Positions 5,378-11,972 of a stretch of 11,972 bases of DNA are shown here, in pieces (within the stretch, counting starts at the first letter, position 1; each line of letters begins with the position of its first letter). Position numbers and translations under genes: made by a program. Under the pieces are notes generated by a model. That model saw only the letters and a program-made list of their open reading frames with translations. It searched no databases and was not told the origin of the DNA. Source of the DNA: a virus. The DNA lies in the IMG/VR virus record IMGVR_UViG_3300045988_047384, positions 1 to 11,972 of that record; one strand, given 5' to 3'.

Positions 5378-6474
5378 TGAAAAAAGATAATCTTTATAAC
5401 TTGTATCAAACACAGGTAAAAGACAAAGATACAGCCTTAGATACGTTCTTTCAGCGAGTTCTTTGTATGACATCAAAGATGTTTGAGTACACAGGGTTAC
5501 CCGATTCGATTCCACAGGTAGAACTTGAAAAGATTCTGCAGACATCGGGTAACGTTGGTATCGCAGAAGTAAACGGGGAACTGTATGCGTTACAGGGTAC
5601 ACGGGGCGGAGAATGTGATGCGTATTATCACGGCAAAGATTACGTTGTTGCAAACCCGTGGTTAAATTTGAACAAAACGTTTAAAATTGATTCCGATATT
5701 GTCGTTATCAACAACACACCGTTTGCAGATTCACTTTTGCCGATAATCGGCAAATATGGCGTACTTTACACCGATGCGGCAATAACGCTTAATTTGGCTA
5801 GCATTTTAACACGTATCACTATGTTGATTTCTGCTAGTGACGATAAGACCAAACAAAGCGCAGAATCTTTTTTGCAGAAGATTTTAAACGGTGATTTCTC
5901 AGTAATCGGGGAAAATGCCTTTTTCAAAGGTGTTAACTTACAAACACCCCAGACACAGGGAAACCAGCAAATCGGGCAATTAATTGAACTTTTGCAGTAC
6001 TATAAAGCTTCAATGTTCAACGATTTAGGTTTGAATGCAAACTATAATATGAAACGTGAACGTTTGAACACGCAAGAAGTTTCAATGAATATAGACGCTT
6101 TAATGCCGTTCGTTGATTCAATGTTAACAGAACGTGTTGAGGGTGTAAAACGTGTTAACGAAATGTTTGGCACAGATATTACGGTAACGTTGGGGTCTAG
6201 TTGGAAGATTGAGCACGAAAATTATTTGTCGTTACTCAAAGCAACAGAAGACGGGCACGACCACACCGATACAGAAGACGTTGACACTGTAACCGAAAAC
6301 GAAAATGAAGAAACAGAAGAAACGCAAGAAACAGAAGAAACGGAAACAGAAACAGAAGAAACGCAAGAAACAGAAGAAACGGAAACAGAAACAGAAGAAA
6401 CAGAAGAAACAGAAGAAACAGAAGAAACACAAGAAACAGAAACAGAAGAAAAAGAAAACAAAGATGAAAATTAA
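5377..6474 (+). CDS. Portal (connector / upper collar) protein, phi29 gp10-like (365 aa), with a repeat-encoded acidic tail
   Basis: F-E-Y-T-G-L-P...LEKIL...G-N-V-G parallels the phi29 gp10 N-terminus (FEWENLP...LEKSI...GYVGF). NMKRERLNTQEVSMN parallels NLEKKERMVTDEVSSN. The last ~65 residues are almost entirely E/T/Q/N. Confidence 0.82.
   Translation: MKKDNLYNLYQTQVKDKDTALDTFFQRVLCMTSKMFEYTGLPDSIPQVELEKILQTSGNVGIAEVNGELYALQGTRGGECDAYYHGKDYVVANPWLNLNKTFKIDSDIVVINNTPFADSLLPIIGKYGVLYTDAAITLNLASILTRITMLISASDDKTKQSAESFLQKILNGDFSVIGENAFFKGVNLQTPQTQGNQQIGQLIELLQYYKASMFNDLGLNANYNMKRERLNTQEVSMNIDALMPFVDSMLTERVEGVKRVNEMFGTDITVTLGSSWKIEHENYLSLLKATEDGHDHTDTEDVDTVTENENEETEETQETEETETETEETQETEETETETEETEETEETEETQETETEEKENKDEN
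6307..6453 (+). repeat. Purine-rich tandem repeat: 39-bp unit x2, then 9-bp GAAGAAACA-type units
   Basis: 6316-6354 and 6355-6393 are identical 39-mers (GAAGAAACGCAAGAAACAGAAGAAACGGAAACAGAAACA). They are followed by GAAGAAACA x4 and degenerate copies. The region encodes (E/T/Q)n in the portal frame. Confidence 0.9.
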
Positions 6475-7033
6475 CGAACTTTTCACGGGTGAAAATGGTT
6501 TGTTTGAAAAAATCTTCGCACCCATGTTTCCTGTTTTGTACAAATCAATATTCGGTGAAGATGACCCGAAAATAATTGATATTGATTTACGTTTCAAATA
6601 TGGAAACAGAAATCTAGTTGATGCAGTCACAAACGAAACTGCAACCGATATTGTTAAAAGCATTATCACGGTGAAGTTTGATGAATGGCAAAAACAGATT
6701 CAAGTGTTTAATAAAGAATATGACGTGTTAAACCCTGTAACATCAAAGAAGACGGAAACAACAAATAACACCGTTGACGAAACAGGCAATAATAACACGG
6801 TAGATTCAAGTGTAACTTTTAATGATGGAGATTTCGGAAATGACACAAAGCAGCAGCGAGATTCCACAGGGAACAGACAAGAAACTGGTACGAAAACAAC
6901 TGTTGAAAACAGTGTTCCGTCTTTCGTTCCTACTAGTGAAATTATTCAAAAAGAAATGAGTTTGCGCAAAACTAATTTCAAAACGCAAGTTATTGCAGAA
7001 CTTGCAAACGAGTTAACAGTAGATATTTATTAA
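6464..7033 (+). CDS. Virion protein (189 aa); possible lower collar / head-tail adaptor (gp11-like) or scaffold
   Basis: I used the ATG at 6464 (MKINELF...), which overlaps the portal stop by 11 nt. It lies between portal and capsid genes. It has a central T/N/S/G-rich low-complexity segment and a conserved-looking C-terminus (IIQKEMSLRKTNF...ELTVDIY). The functional call is tentative. Confidence 0.45.
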   Translation: MKINELFTGENGLFEKIFAPMFPVLYKSIFGEDDPKIIDIDLRFKYGNRNLVDAVTNETATDIVKSIITVKFDEWQKQIQVFNKEYDVLNPVTSKKTETTNNTVDETGNNNTVDSSVTFNDGDFGNDTKQQRDSTGNRQETGTKTTVENSVPSFVPTSEIIQKEMSLRKTNFKTQVIAELANELTVDIY

Positions 7034-7051
7034 TACTTAATTTTTATAAAA

Positions 7052-8236
7052 ATGGAAGTAAAACAGATTTATACTTTAGTAAACACAGTATCTGGTGAAG
7101 TTTTGGGTAAAACCGATATTGTCAAAGAAGATTTAACGGGTATCGTTGATTTGGGCAATGAGATTTTTAATCAAAATGCCGTTGACAATTACGTTAAATC
7201 GCTTGTAAACCATATCGGCAAAGTTGTTTTCGTAAACCGCCCTTACAGTGGTAAAGTTCCTAGCGTTTTGATGGATGCGTGGGAATTTGGTTCAGTTTTG
7301 GAAAAGATTTCAGCTGACGTTCCAAATGCTGAAGAGAATGACACGTGGAATCTTACAGACGGTAAAGAGTACAAACAGGACGTGTTCCACAAACCAACGG
7401 TTTCTGCTAAGTTCTTCAACTCTAAGGTAACTTTTGAAGTTCCCGTATCTATCACAGAAAGACAGGTAAAGGAATCTTTCAGCAGTGCAGAACAGTTGAA
7501 CGGTTTCATGTCAATGATTTATTCAGCCGTTGAAAAGTCAATGACTATCAAAACCGATGCACTTGTTATGCGTACTATTAACAATATGATTGCGGAAACT
7601 TTGGATGCAGACAAAGCCGCTTTCGGTTTTGTAACGTCAACACACGAAACAGTAGATTATTCTACTGCATCAACTGTTCGTTGTGTAAACTTGTTGCACC
7701 TTTACAACGAGAAGACGGGGGCAAAGTTGGCGGCAAACGTTGCCGTAACAACACCCGACTTTATCCGTTTTGCCGCTTACATTATGGGTTTGTATGCTGA
7801 CCGTTTGCAGACCATTTCGACTTTGTTCAACGTTGGAGGAAAAGAACGTTTCACACCGAAAGACGTGTTGCATACCGTTTTGTTGAGTGACTTTGCAGCC
7901 GCTGCAAAAACTTACCTGTATGCCGATACGTTCCATAATGAAAACGTGTTGTTGCCACAGGCTGAAACCGTTGCAAGTTGGCAAGCAACGGGCACAGATT
8001 ACGCTTTCGCCAACGTTTCAAAGGTTGACGTTAAGAGTGCAAGCGGTGCAACAGTTTCTATCGGGGGCGTGTTGGGTGTGATGTTTGACCGTGACGCTTT
8101 GGGCGTAACCAATTTGGATAAGCGAGTGACAACCAATTACAACGCCAAAGCAGAATTTTTCAACAATTATTTCAAATTCGATGCAGGCTACTTCAACGAC
8201 ACAAACGAAAACTTCGTTGTATTCTTTGTTGCCTAG
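7052..8236 (+). CDS. Major capsid protein, phi29 gp8-like (394 aa)
   Basis: NAVDNYVKSLVNHIGKVVFVNRP parallels phi29 gp8 NDFITSLVDRIGLVVIRQ. ...FSSAEQLNGFMSMIYSAVEKSMTIKTDALVMRTINN parallels ...[36 protein letters not shown]. A strong terminator follows, which suits a highly expressed gene. Confidence 0.82.
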   Translation: MEVKQIYTLVNTVSGEVLGKTDIVKEDLTGIVDLGNEIFNQNAVDNYVKSLVNHIGKVVFVNRPYSGKVPSVLMDAWEFGSVLEKISADVPNAEENDTWNLTDGKEYKQDVFHKPTVSAKFFNSKVTFEVPVSITERQVKESFSSAEQLNGFMSMIYSAVEKSMTIKTDALVMRTINNMIAETLDADKAAFGFVTSTHETVDYSTASTVRCVNLLHLYNEKTGAKLAANVAVTTPDFIRFAAYIMGLYADRLQTISTLFNVGGKERFTPKDVLHTVLLSDFAAAAKTYLYADTFHNENVLLPQAETVASWQATGTDYAFANVSKVDVKSASGATVSIGGVLGVMFDRDALGVTNLDKRVTTNYNAKAEFFNNYFKFDAGYFNDTNENFVVFFVA

Positions 8237-8254
8237 TTTTATTGTTTAACTGTT

Positions 8255-8300
8255 GGGGGTGTTTCTGTAGTTGATAACACAGGAATACCCCCCTTTTAAT
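8255..8300 (+). terminator. Intrinsic terminator or attenuator after the capsid gene
   Basis: A 14-bp stem, GGGGGTGTTTCTGT (8255-8268) pairing with ACAGGAATACCCCC (8279-8292), includes two G-U pairs that form only in the + strand RNA. The loop is 10 nt and CTTTTAATTTTT follows. Confidence 0.65.
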
Positions 8301-8309
8301 TTTTGCGGT

Positions 8310-8753
8310 ATGATTAAAATTAAAACTTTCGTTTACAACGGCAAACCAAACGAAGTAAACAAGACTTTACAGGCAAACAAAGAGTACACGGGCGTATTGA
8401 ACGCAACGTTTAATGTTTTAACGCCTGTAGTACGTTTCAGAACTCGCACGCCGGTAACTTTCAATTACGTTTACATCGAAAGTTTGAACCGTTATTATTT
8501 CGTTTCTGAGAAACAACAAGACGGTGATATTTGCACAGTTCGTTTGCGTGTTGACGTTCTGTTTACTTATAAGGATACTATTTTGAACAGTACGGGCAAA
8601 ATGATAAAAGGCGAAAACGTGGATAAATATCTTTCAAACCGTTCAAACGTTTTCGATTCACGCCCTAATATCAGAAAACTAGATTTTCCGAATAAAGAGC
8701 TGTTGAGTGAAGACGGTAGTATTATTATGGTAACAATTAAGGGAAATGTTTAA
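8310..8753 (+). CDS. Tail protein (147 aa) resembling the N-terminal domain of phi29 gp9 tail knob
   Basis: I used the ATG at 8310, because the track's TTG start at 8271 lies inside the terminator hairpin. NYVYIESLNRYYFVSEKQQDGDICTVRLRVDVLFTY parallels gp9 [42 protein letters not shown]. Confidence 0.5.
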   Translation: MIKIKTFVYNGKPNEVNKTLQANKEYTGVLNATFNVLTPVVRFRTRTPVTFNYVYIESLNRYYFVSEKQQDGDICTVRLRVDVLFTYKDTILNSTGKMIKGENVDKYLSNRSNVFDSRPNIRKLDFPNKELLSEDGSIIMVTIKGNV

Positions 8754-8755
8754 TT

Positions 8756-10318
8756 ATGAAAGTAACTTATAACATATCAGATCAAACAACCGTTATCGGG
8801 AACAAACCCGAAACGATTGAAAAGGGTGAGACTTTAAGTTTGAACTTACAGGCAAACACTGGATATAAGTTTGACCCTGCGCCGTTGGTTGCTATCAGAA
8901 CATCAAGTTTTCAGTATATCAATACAAACTTTGTTTTGGATTCCACAGGGAAAAAAGCAACGATTTCTTATGACATACCATCGAACGCCGCAGCGTGTAC
9001 CGTTAAGGCTTTTACTGTAGAAAGTGCAGACCCCAAACCCGAAACCGTAACAGTTACAAATACGTTATCAAATTGTACTAGTTCGTTAAACGATGGAACG
9101 GTAAACAAAGGGGAAGAGATAACAATAACTTTGACCGCAAACACGGGGTTTTCTTTTTCGGGTGCTGCCCCAACTGTTGACTACGAAACAACGGGCACGC
9201 CGTCAACGGTTTTTAATGTAGCTAGCGACAAATTAACCGCATCGGTTACAATTACACCAAACGACAATTTTACAATTAATGCTGACGCCCACGAAATTAA
9301 AACGTTTGTAAACGTTACATATAATTTGAAAAATTGTGTTTCAAGTTTGACGGGTAAAACTGTAGAAAAGGGCAAAGAAATTACGGTAACGGTGACGGCA
9401 AACGAAAATGCAATATTTGACGGAATAACTCCAAACGTTTACTATCTAGAGCACGGAATTCCGAAAACGGTTAACTTTACGCTAGATACAGAAAAGAAAA
9501 CTGGAAAGCTTACATTTACGCCAAATTTCAACTTCACTTTTAATGCCAACGCAAACATAATTGAACCTGTTGCAAAAAATTACGGTGCAATTAATGTTTA
9601 TAAAGTAAGTTTGGAAAATTTGGATGCTTTCAGTAAGCAACGTTTTTCTAAAGTTGTTGATGAAACAACAGGTGCAACACAAACCGTTAATTTAGGCGTT
9701 TATGTAAACCGAATAAAGCGCATTTTTGCCAACGTTCCAGTAAGTGGTACGGATAACTTGAAATGCGGTAACTACGATACAAAAATTATCGTGGAATCCC
9801 CAAAGACCGATATTTTAACAATAAATTTCGGAAACGTTGCCCTTACAGGGTTAAACGGTAACAATTCCGATTACGATGCAAAGATTTCGGTTTTTATCCC
9901 GTGCCGTGGTTTTGTTCCTGTTGATAGTTCATACATCGGTAAAACGGTTAACTTATCTTTGAAAGTTAACATCGTTACGGGTGATGCCGTGGCGTTCCTA
10001 TCGTGTGCCGGTACAACATTTCAGTTTGAAAGTTTTTCTTTGTCCCGTGATGTTATTTATCGAACAGGGGATAACGATTTAAATCTTATTGGCGGTGACG
10101 AATGGAACGAACAAATTTTATATGGTTTAGAACCTTACTTTTTGATAACGGAAAATAAAACCGTTGACGTTGTGATAAACAACACGCAAAAAGAAGTAAA
10201 GTTGCAAGACGTAACAGGGTTTGCACAGTTTGAAAACGTGGATTTGAACACGGTTAATTTGTTGGTAGATGAGTATAACACCATTATTTCAGAACTTGAA
10301 AACGGTGTTTATCTATAA
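8756..10318 (+). CDS. Tail knob / receptor-binding protein (520 aa): three tandem beta-rich repeat domains plus a gp9-like C-terminal part
   Basis: Repeats are aa 1-96, 97-183 and 184-270 (nt 8756-9565). They share V-T-Y-N-L-x-N-C...V-x-K-G-x-E-I-T-(I/V)-T-(L/V)-T-A-N...P-x-V-x-Y...F-T-(I/F)-N-A. C-terminal segments (ISVFIPCRGFVPVD...LSLKVNIVTGD and ...LLVDEYNTIISELENGVYL) resemble gp9 (MMYPYCVTEITDF... and ...DLQEIRTIFDNGITLW). Confidence 0.55.
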   Translation: MKVTYNISDQTTVIGNKPETIEKGETLSLNLQANTGYKFDPAPLVAIRTSSFQYINTNFVLDSTGKKATISYDIPSNAAACTVKAFTVESADPKPETVTVTNTLSNCTSSLNDGTVNKGEEITITLTANTGFSFSGAAPTVDYETTGTPSTVFNVASDKLTASVTITPNDNFTINADAHEIKTFVNVTYNLKNCVSSLTGKTVEKGKEITVTVTANENAIFDGITPNVYYLEHGIPKTVNFTLDTEKKTGKLTFTPNFNFTFNANANIIEPVAKNYGAINVYKVSLENLDAFSKQRFSKVVDETTGATQTVNLGVYVNRIKRIFANVPVSGTDNLKCGNYDTKIIVESPKTDILTINFGNVALTGLNGNNSDYDAKISVFIPCRGFVPVDSSYIGKTVNLSLKVNIVTGDAVAFLSCAGTTFQFESFSLSRDVIYRTGDNDLNLIGGDEWNEQILYGLEPYFLITENKTVDVVINNTQKEVKLQDVTGFAQFENVDLNTVNLLVDEYNTIISELENGVYL

Positions 10319-10321
10319 AAG

Positions 10322-10352
10322 AAAAGGGACGGTACAAATGCCGCCCCTTTTT
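10322..10352. terminator. Bidirectional intrinsic terminator where the two arms converge
   Basis: AAAA-GGGACGGTA (10326-10334), loop CAAA, then TGCCGCCCC (10339-10347) and TTTTT. It has an A-tract on one side and a T-tract on the other. It sits between the + stop at 10318 and the - stop at 10354. Confidence 0.7.
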
Positions 10353-10353
10353 C

Positions 10354-10599
10354 TTATTTGCTGTAAAATTCGTTCATTAAACCTTTCTTACCAAGGAAAT
10401 CAAAACATCTGTTTTTGATACCCATTTCTACATCTAAACAGTTAGAAAGATATTCAACTACTTTCTGCTGTGCCTGTAGTGTATCGATTACAGAGTTAAG
10501 CAATAAACCGTTATTACCTGTAGTGTTTTCTGCTACAAACTTTAAATTATCAATGGAAACTGAAATAGAATCCTGCAAAACCTTAAAACCTTTTTGCAT
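10354..10599 (-). CDS. Hypothetical protein (81 aa), last gene of the right arm
   Basis: ATG ORF starting 3 nt after the endolysin stop. It is predicted soluble and helical, and I recognise no motif. Confidence 0.55.
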   Translation of the reverse strand: MQKGFKVLQDSISVSIDNLKFVAENTTGNNGLLLNSVIDTLQAQQKVVEYLSNCLDVEMGIKNRCFDFLGKKGLMNEFYSK

Positions 10600-10602
10600 A
10601 AC

Positions 10603-11025
10603 TTATTTCTTTTCTAAGTTCATAATAATCTGTTGACGTGGTTTACCATTTCGTGGTGATACCGAAACGTGATACCAAAAACTTTTAGAGCCTTTGCGGT
10701 GCTCTTTAATAAGTTGATCAAACCCACCTGTTTCTCTCAGAACCTTTCCCAAAGATTCCATATCGGCACAAATTAAATCTGCGGCTAAACCCTTTTGGTG
10801 TTGGCTGTTAGTTACACCACCTACAGCCTTATTTAACACAGGACATCTAAAACCGCTAGAAATAAGAATCGGTTTACCCACCTTTTCACGGATTCCATCT
10901 AGATAATCTGCTAGACGGTTTAAGTTGTCCACTACCTCAAACGTTGGCATATTGTCTATGCTAAGACGTTTTGCGGTTGCTGAATTAATAAACTCAGACA
11001 ATTTAAAATACTTGATCCTTTTCAT
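10603..11025 (-). CDS. Peptidase M15 (M15_3 / DD- or LD-peptidase fold) endolysin (140 aa)
   Basis: The family signature is ...PILISSGFRCPVLNKAVGGVTNSQHQKGLAADL...FWYHVSV. The Zn ligands H-x6-D (SQHQKGLAAD) and a distal H (YHV) are present. There is no signal peptide. Confidence 0.88.
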   Translation of the reverse strand: MKRIKYFKLSEFINSATAKRLSIDNMPTFEVVDNLNRLADYLDGIREKVGKPILISSGFRCPVLNKAVGGVTNSQHQKGLAADLICADMESLGKVLRETGGFDQLIKEHRKGSKSFWYHVSVSPRNGKPRQQIIMNLEKK

Positions 11026-11026
11026 A

Positions 11027-11227
11027 TTACTTTTCTGTTGGTAAAACTACAAACCATTTACGAGTATCTTTGTGAGTTGGAAAACGACCTTTAACTGTAA
11101 TTGAGCAATCGCCCAAAAGGTAGTCTATTTTATTGTTAAAGAACTCGCTTACTTTATCAGAACGTACCATATAAACGGTAACGTTATTAACCTGTTTCAA
11201 AGTGATTTTAAAATAACTATGTTCCAT
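11027..11227 (-). CDS. Hypothetical protein (66 aa from ATG 11227; 80 aa if GTG 11269 is used)
   Basis: ORF MEHSYFKITLKQVNNVTVYMVRSDKV.... I prefer the ATG because the upstream GTG lies inside a G-rich hairpin. Its stop abuts the endolysin start. Confidence 0.5.
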   Translation of the reverse strand: MEHSYFKITLKQVNNVTVYMVRSDKVSEFFNNKIDYLLGDCSITVKGRFPTHKDTRKWFVVLPTEK

Positions 11228-11281
11228 ATTATATGTATTTATGCCCGTGAGTGATACCCCCACCCCCACAGGCTGTTAATA

Positions 11282-11611
11282 TTAACAGATTCTTTCGGCT
11301 GTAAACTCATAACGTACTGTTTCGATGTACTCACCGCTATATATGTTAGTTACAGTTACGAAACCGTAACCAATAGCGTAAATATCTGCAATGTTGCTTT
11401 TATAAGCATACATCGTTTTAGGATAACGTACACCCTGTATAGGGATTCTATTCATATTATAAATGCCTGTTAGCATTTTATTAATATGGTTTGCCACTTC
11501 GTACATATTACCATTTATAACAGTAGATGAAAATGGAATATCTTTGGTGAAACGTGTGCCGTTACAATGTGCGTCACGGTTTGCCTTTACTGTAATATTG
11601 TACTTTGCCAT
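11282..11611 (-). CDS. Hypothetical protein (109 aa), first gene of the right arm
   Basis: ATG at 11611, 36 nt downstream of the right-ITR promoter -7 element. I recognise no motif. Confidence 0.6.
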   Translation of the reverse strand: MAKYNITVKANRDAHCNGTRFTKDIPFSSTVINGNMYEVANHINKMLTGIYNMNRIPIQGVRYPKTMYAYKSNIADIYAIGYGFVTVTNIYSGEYIETVRYEFTAERIC

Positions 11612-11627
11612 AATTTAATTGTTTTAC

Positions 11628-11924
11628 TATGTTTCTTAACTCTGATGCAAAGGTACAACGTTTTTGCGAAACCACCAAATTATTTTTGTTAAAAAGTCTT
11701 AAAGAAATAAATTAACTGTTGTTAACACTTGTTTCACGTGAAACACCCCGTTACCACCGTTCCACGTGAAACATTATTTTTATGAAAGTTTAACAGTATT
11801 AACGGTGTGTTAATTGTGTTAAATAATCGTAATTGCGGCACACAGCAAAAAGTGTGCCAAAGTGTGTTAGAGAGTGTTAAAAGTGTGTTGGGAAATGTTA
11901 AAAATGGGTGCCTTGTGTACCTTT
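11628..11924. repeat. Right inverted terminal repeat (297 bp)
   Basis: Perfect reverse complement of 49-345, ending ...GTACCTTT directly before the adapter. Confidence 0.93.
11648..11679 (-). promoter_or_regulatory. Bacteroidota-type promoter inside the right ITR, driving the - arm
   Basis: Mirror image of 294-325: CAAAGGTA at 11648-11655 (TACCTTTG on the - strand) and CAAA at 11676-11679, with a 20-nt spacer. Confidence 0.55.
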
Positions 11925-11972
11925 AGATCGGAAGAGCACACGTCTGAACTCCAGTCACAGTCAACAATCTCG
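11925..11972. other. Illumina TruSeq index adapter; technical contamination
   Basis: AGATCGGAAGAGCACACGTCTGAACTCCAGTCAC-AGTCAACA-ATCTCG. Confidence 0.97.

Noticed and set aside
6305-6463. Poly-Lys/Gln/Arg N-terminal extension (MKKQKKRKKQ...) of the 6305-7033 ORF
   Set aside because: It is the +1 reading of the GAA-rich portal repeat, since GAA/AAG/AGA frames automatically give E/K/R. It lies wholly inside the portal gene. The ATG at 6464 gives a normal N-terminus with the usual short overlap. A frameshift product is conceivable, but nothing I can see supports one.
6222-6669. Three - strand ORFs (79, 145 and 64 aa) rich in S/V, F/C and L/F
   Set aside because: They are low-complexity antisense readings of the same purine-rich tandem repeat and are not credible genes.
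49-11924. Possibility that the terminal inverted repeat is a fold-back or chimeric assembly artefact rather than a true ITR
   Set aside because: I did not adopt this reading. Each copy joins cleanly to different unique sequence, each places a promoter at a sensible distance from the first gene of its arm, and ITRs are expected for protein-primed genomes. It still needs read-level confirmation.
1-11972. Search for tRNA genes, CRISPR arrays, integrase/recombinase, transposase or lysogeny-module genes
   Set aside because: No cloverleaf-like sequences, no spaced direct-repeat arrays and no recombinase motifs were seen. The element looks strictly lytic with no mobile-element cargo.

Overview
The window appears to be one complete linear phage genome with sequencing adapter still attached at both ends. 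Positions 1-48 and 11925-11972 are the same Illumina TruSeq index adapter (index AGTCAA) in opposite orientations. Trimming them leaves 11,876 bp (49-11924) bounded by perfect 297-bp inverted terminal repeats (ITRs).

The gene content is that of a very small phi29-like, protein-primed tailed phage:
- a candidate terminal protein translationally coupled to a family-B protein-primed DNA polymerase with all exonuclease and polymerase motifs readable
- a gp16-like packaging ATPase
- a gp10-like portal, a gp8-like major capsid protein and gp9-like tail-knob pieces
- a small YvrJ-like membrane protein and a peptidase M15 endolysin

The genes form two convergent arms, + strand 375-10318 and - strand 11611-10354, which meet at a bidirectional terminator.

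The expression signals look Bacteroidota-like. Three intergenic TTTG-N19/20-TAnnTTTG promoters are present and no Shine-Dalgarno sequence precedes any start codon. That is unexpected for this phage type.

Points most worth follow-up:
- Each ITR carries its own inward-facing promoter.
- A 17-bp CACGTG-centred palindrome occurs twice per ITR and once more inside the terminator loop in front of the internal (structural-gene) promoter.
- TTAAC(A/C) motifs are spaced about 10 bp apart through the ITRs.
- A repeat-encoded Glu/Thr tail sits on the portal.
- The tail knob seems to be split, with a triplicated ~87-96 aa domain.

No tRNA, CRISPR array, integrase or transposase was seen. All homology statements come from reading motifs by eye and from memory of phi29 proteins. 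No database search was possible.
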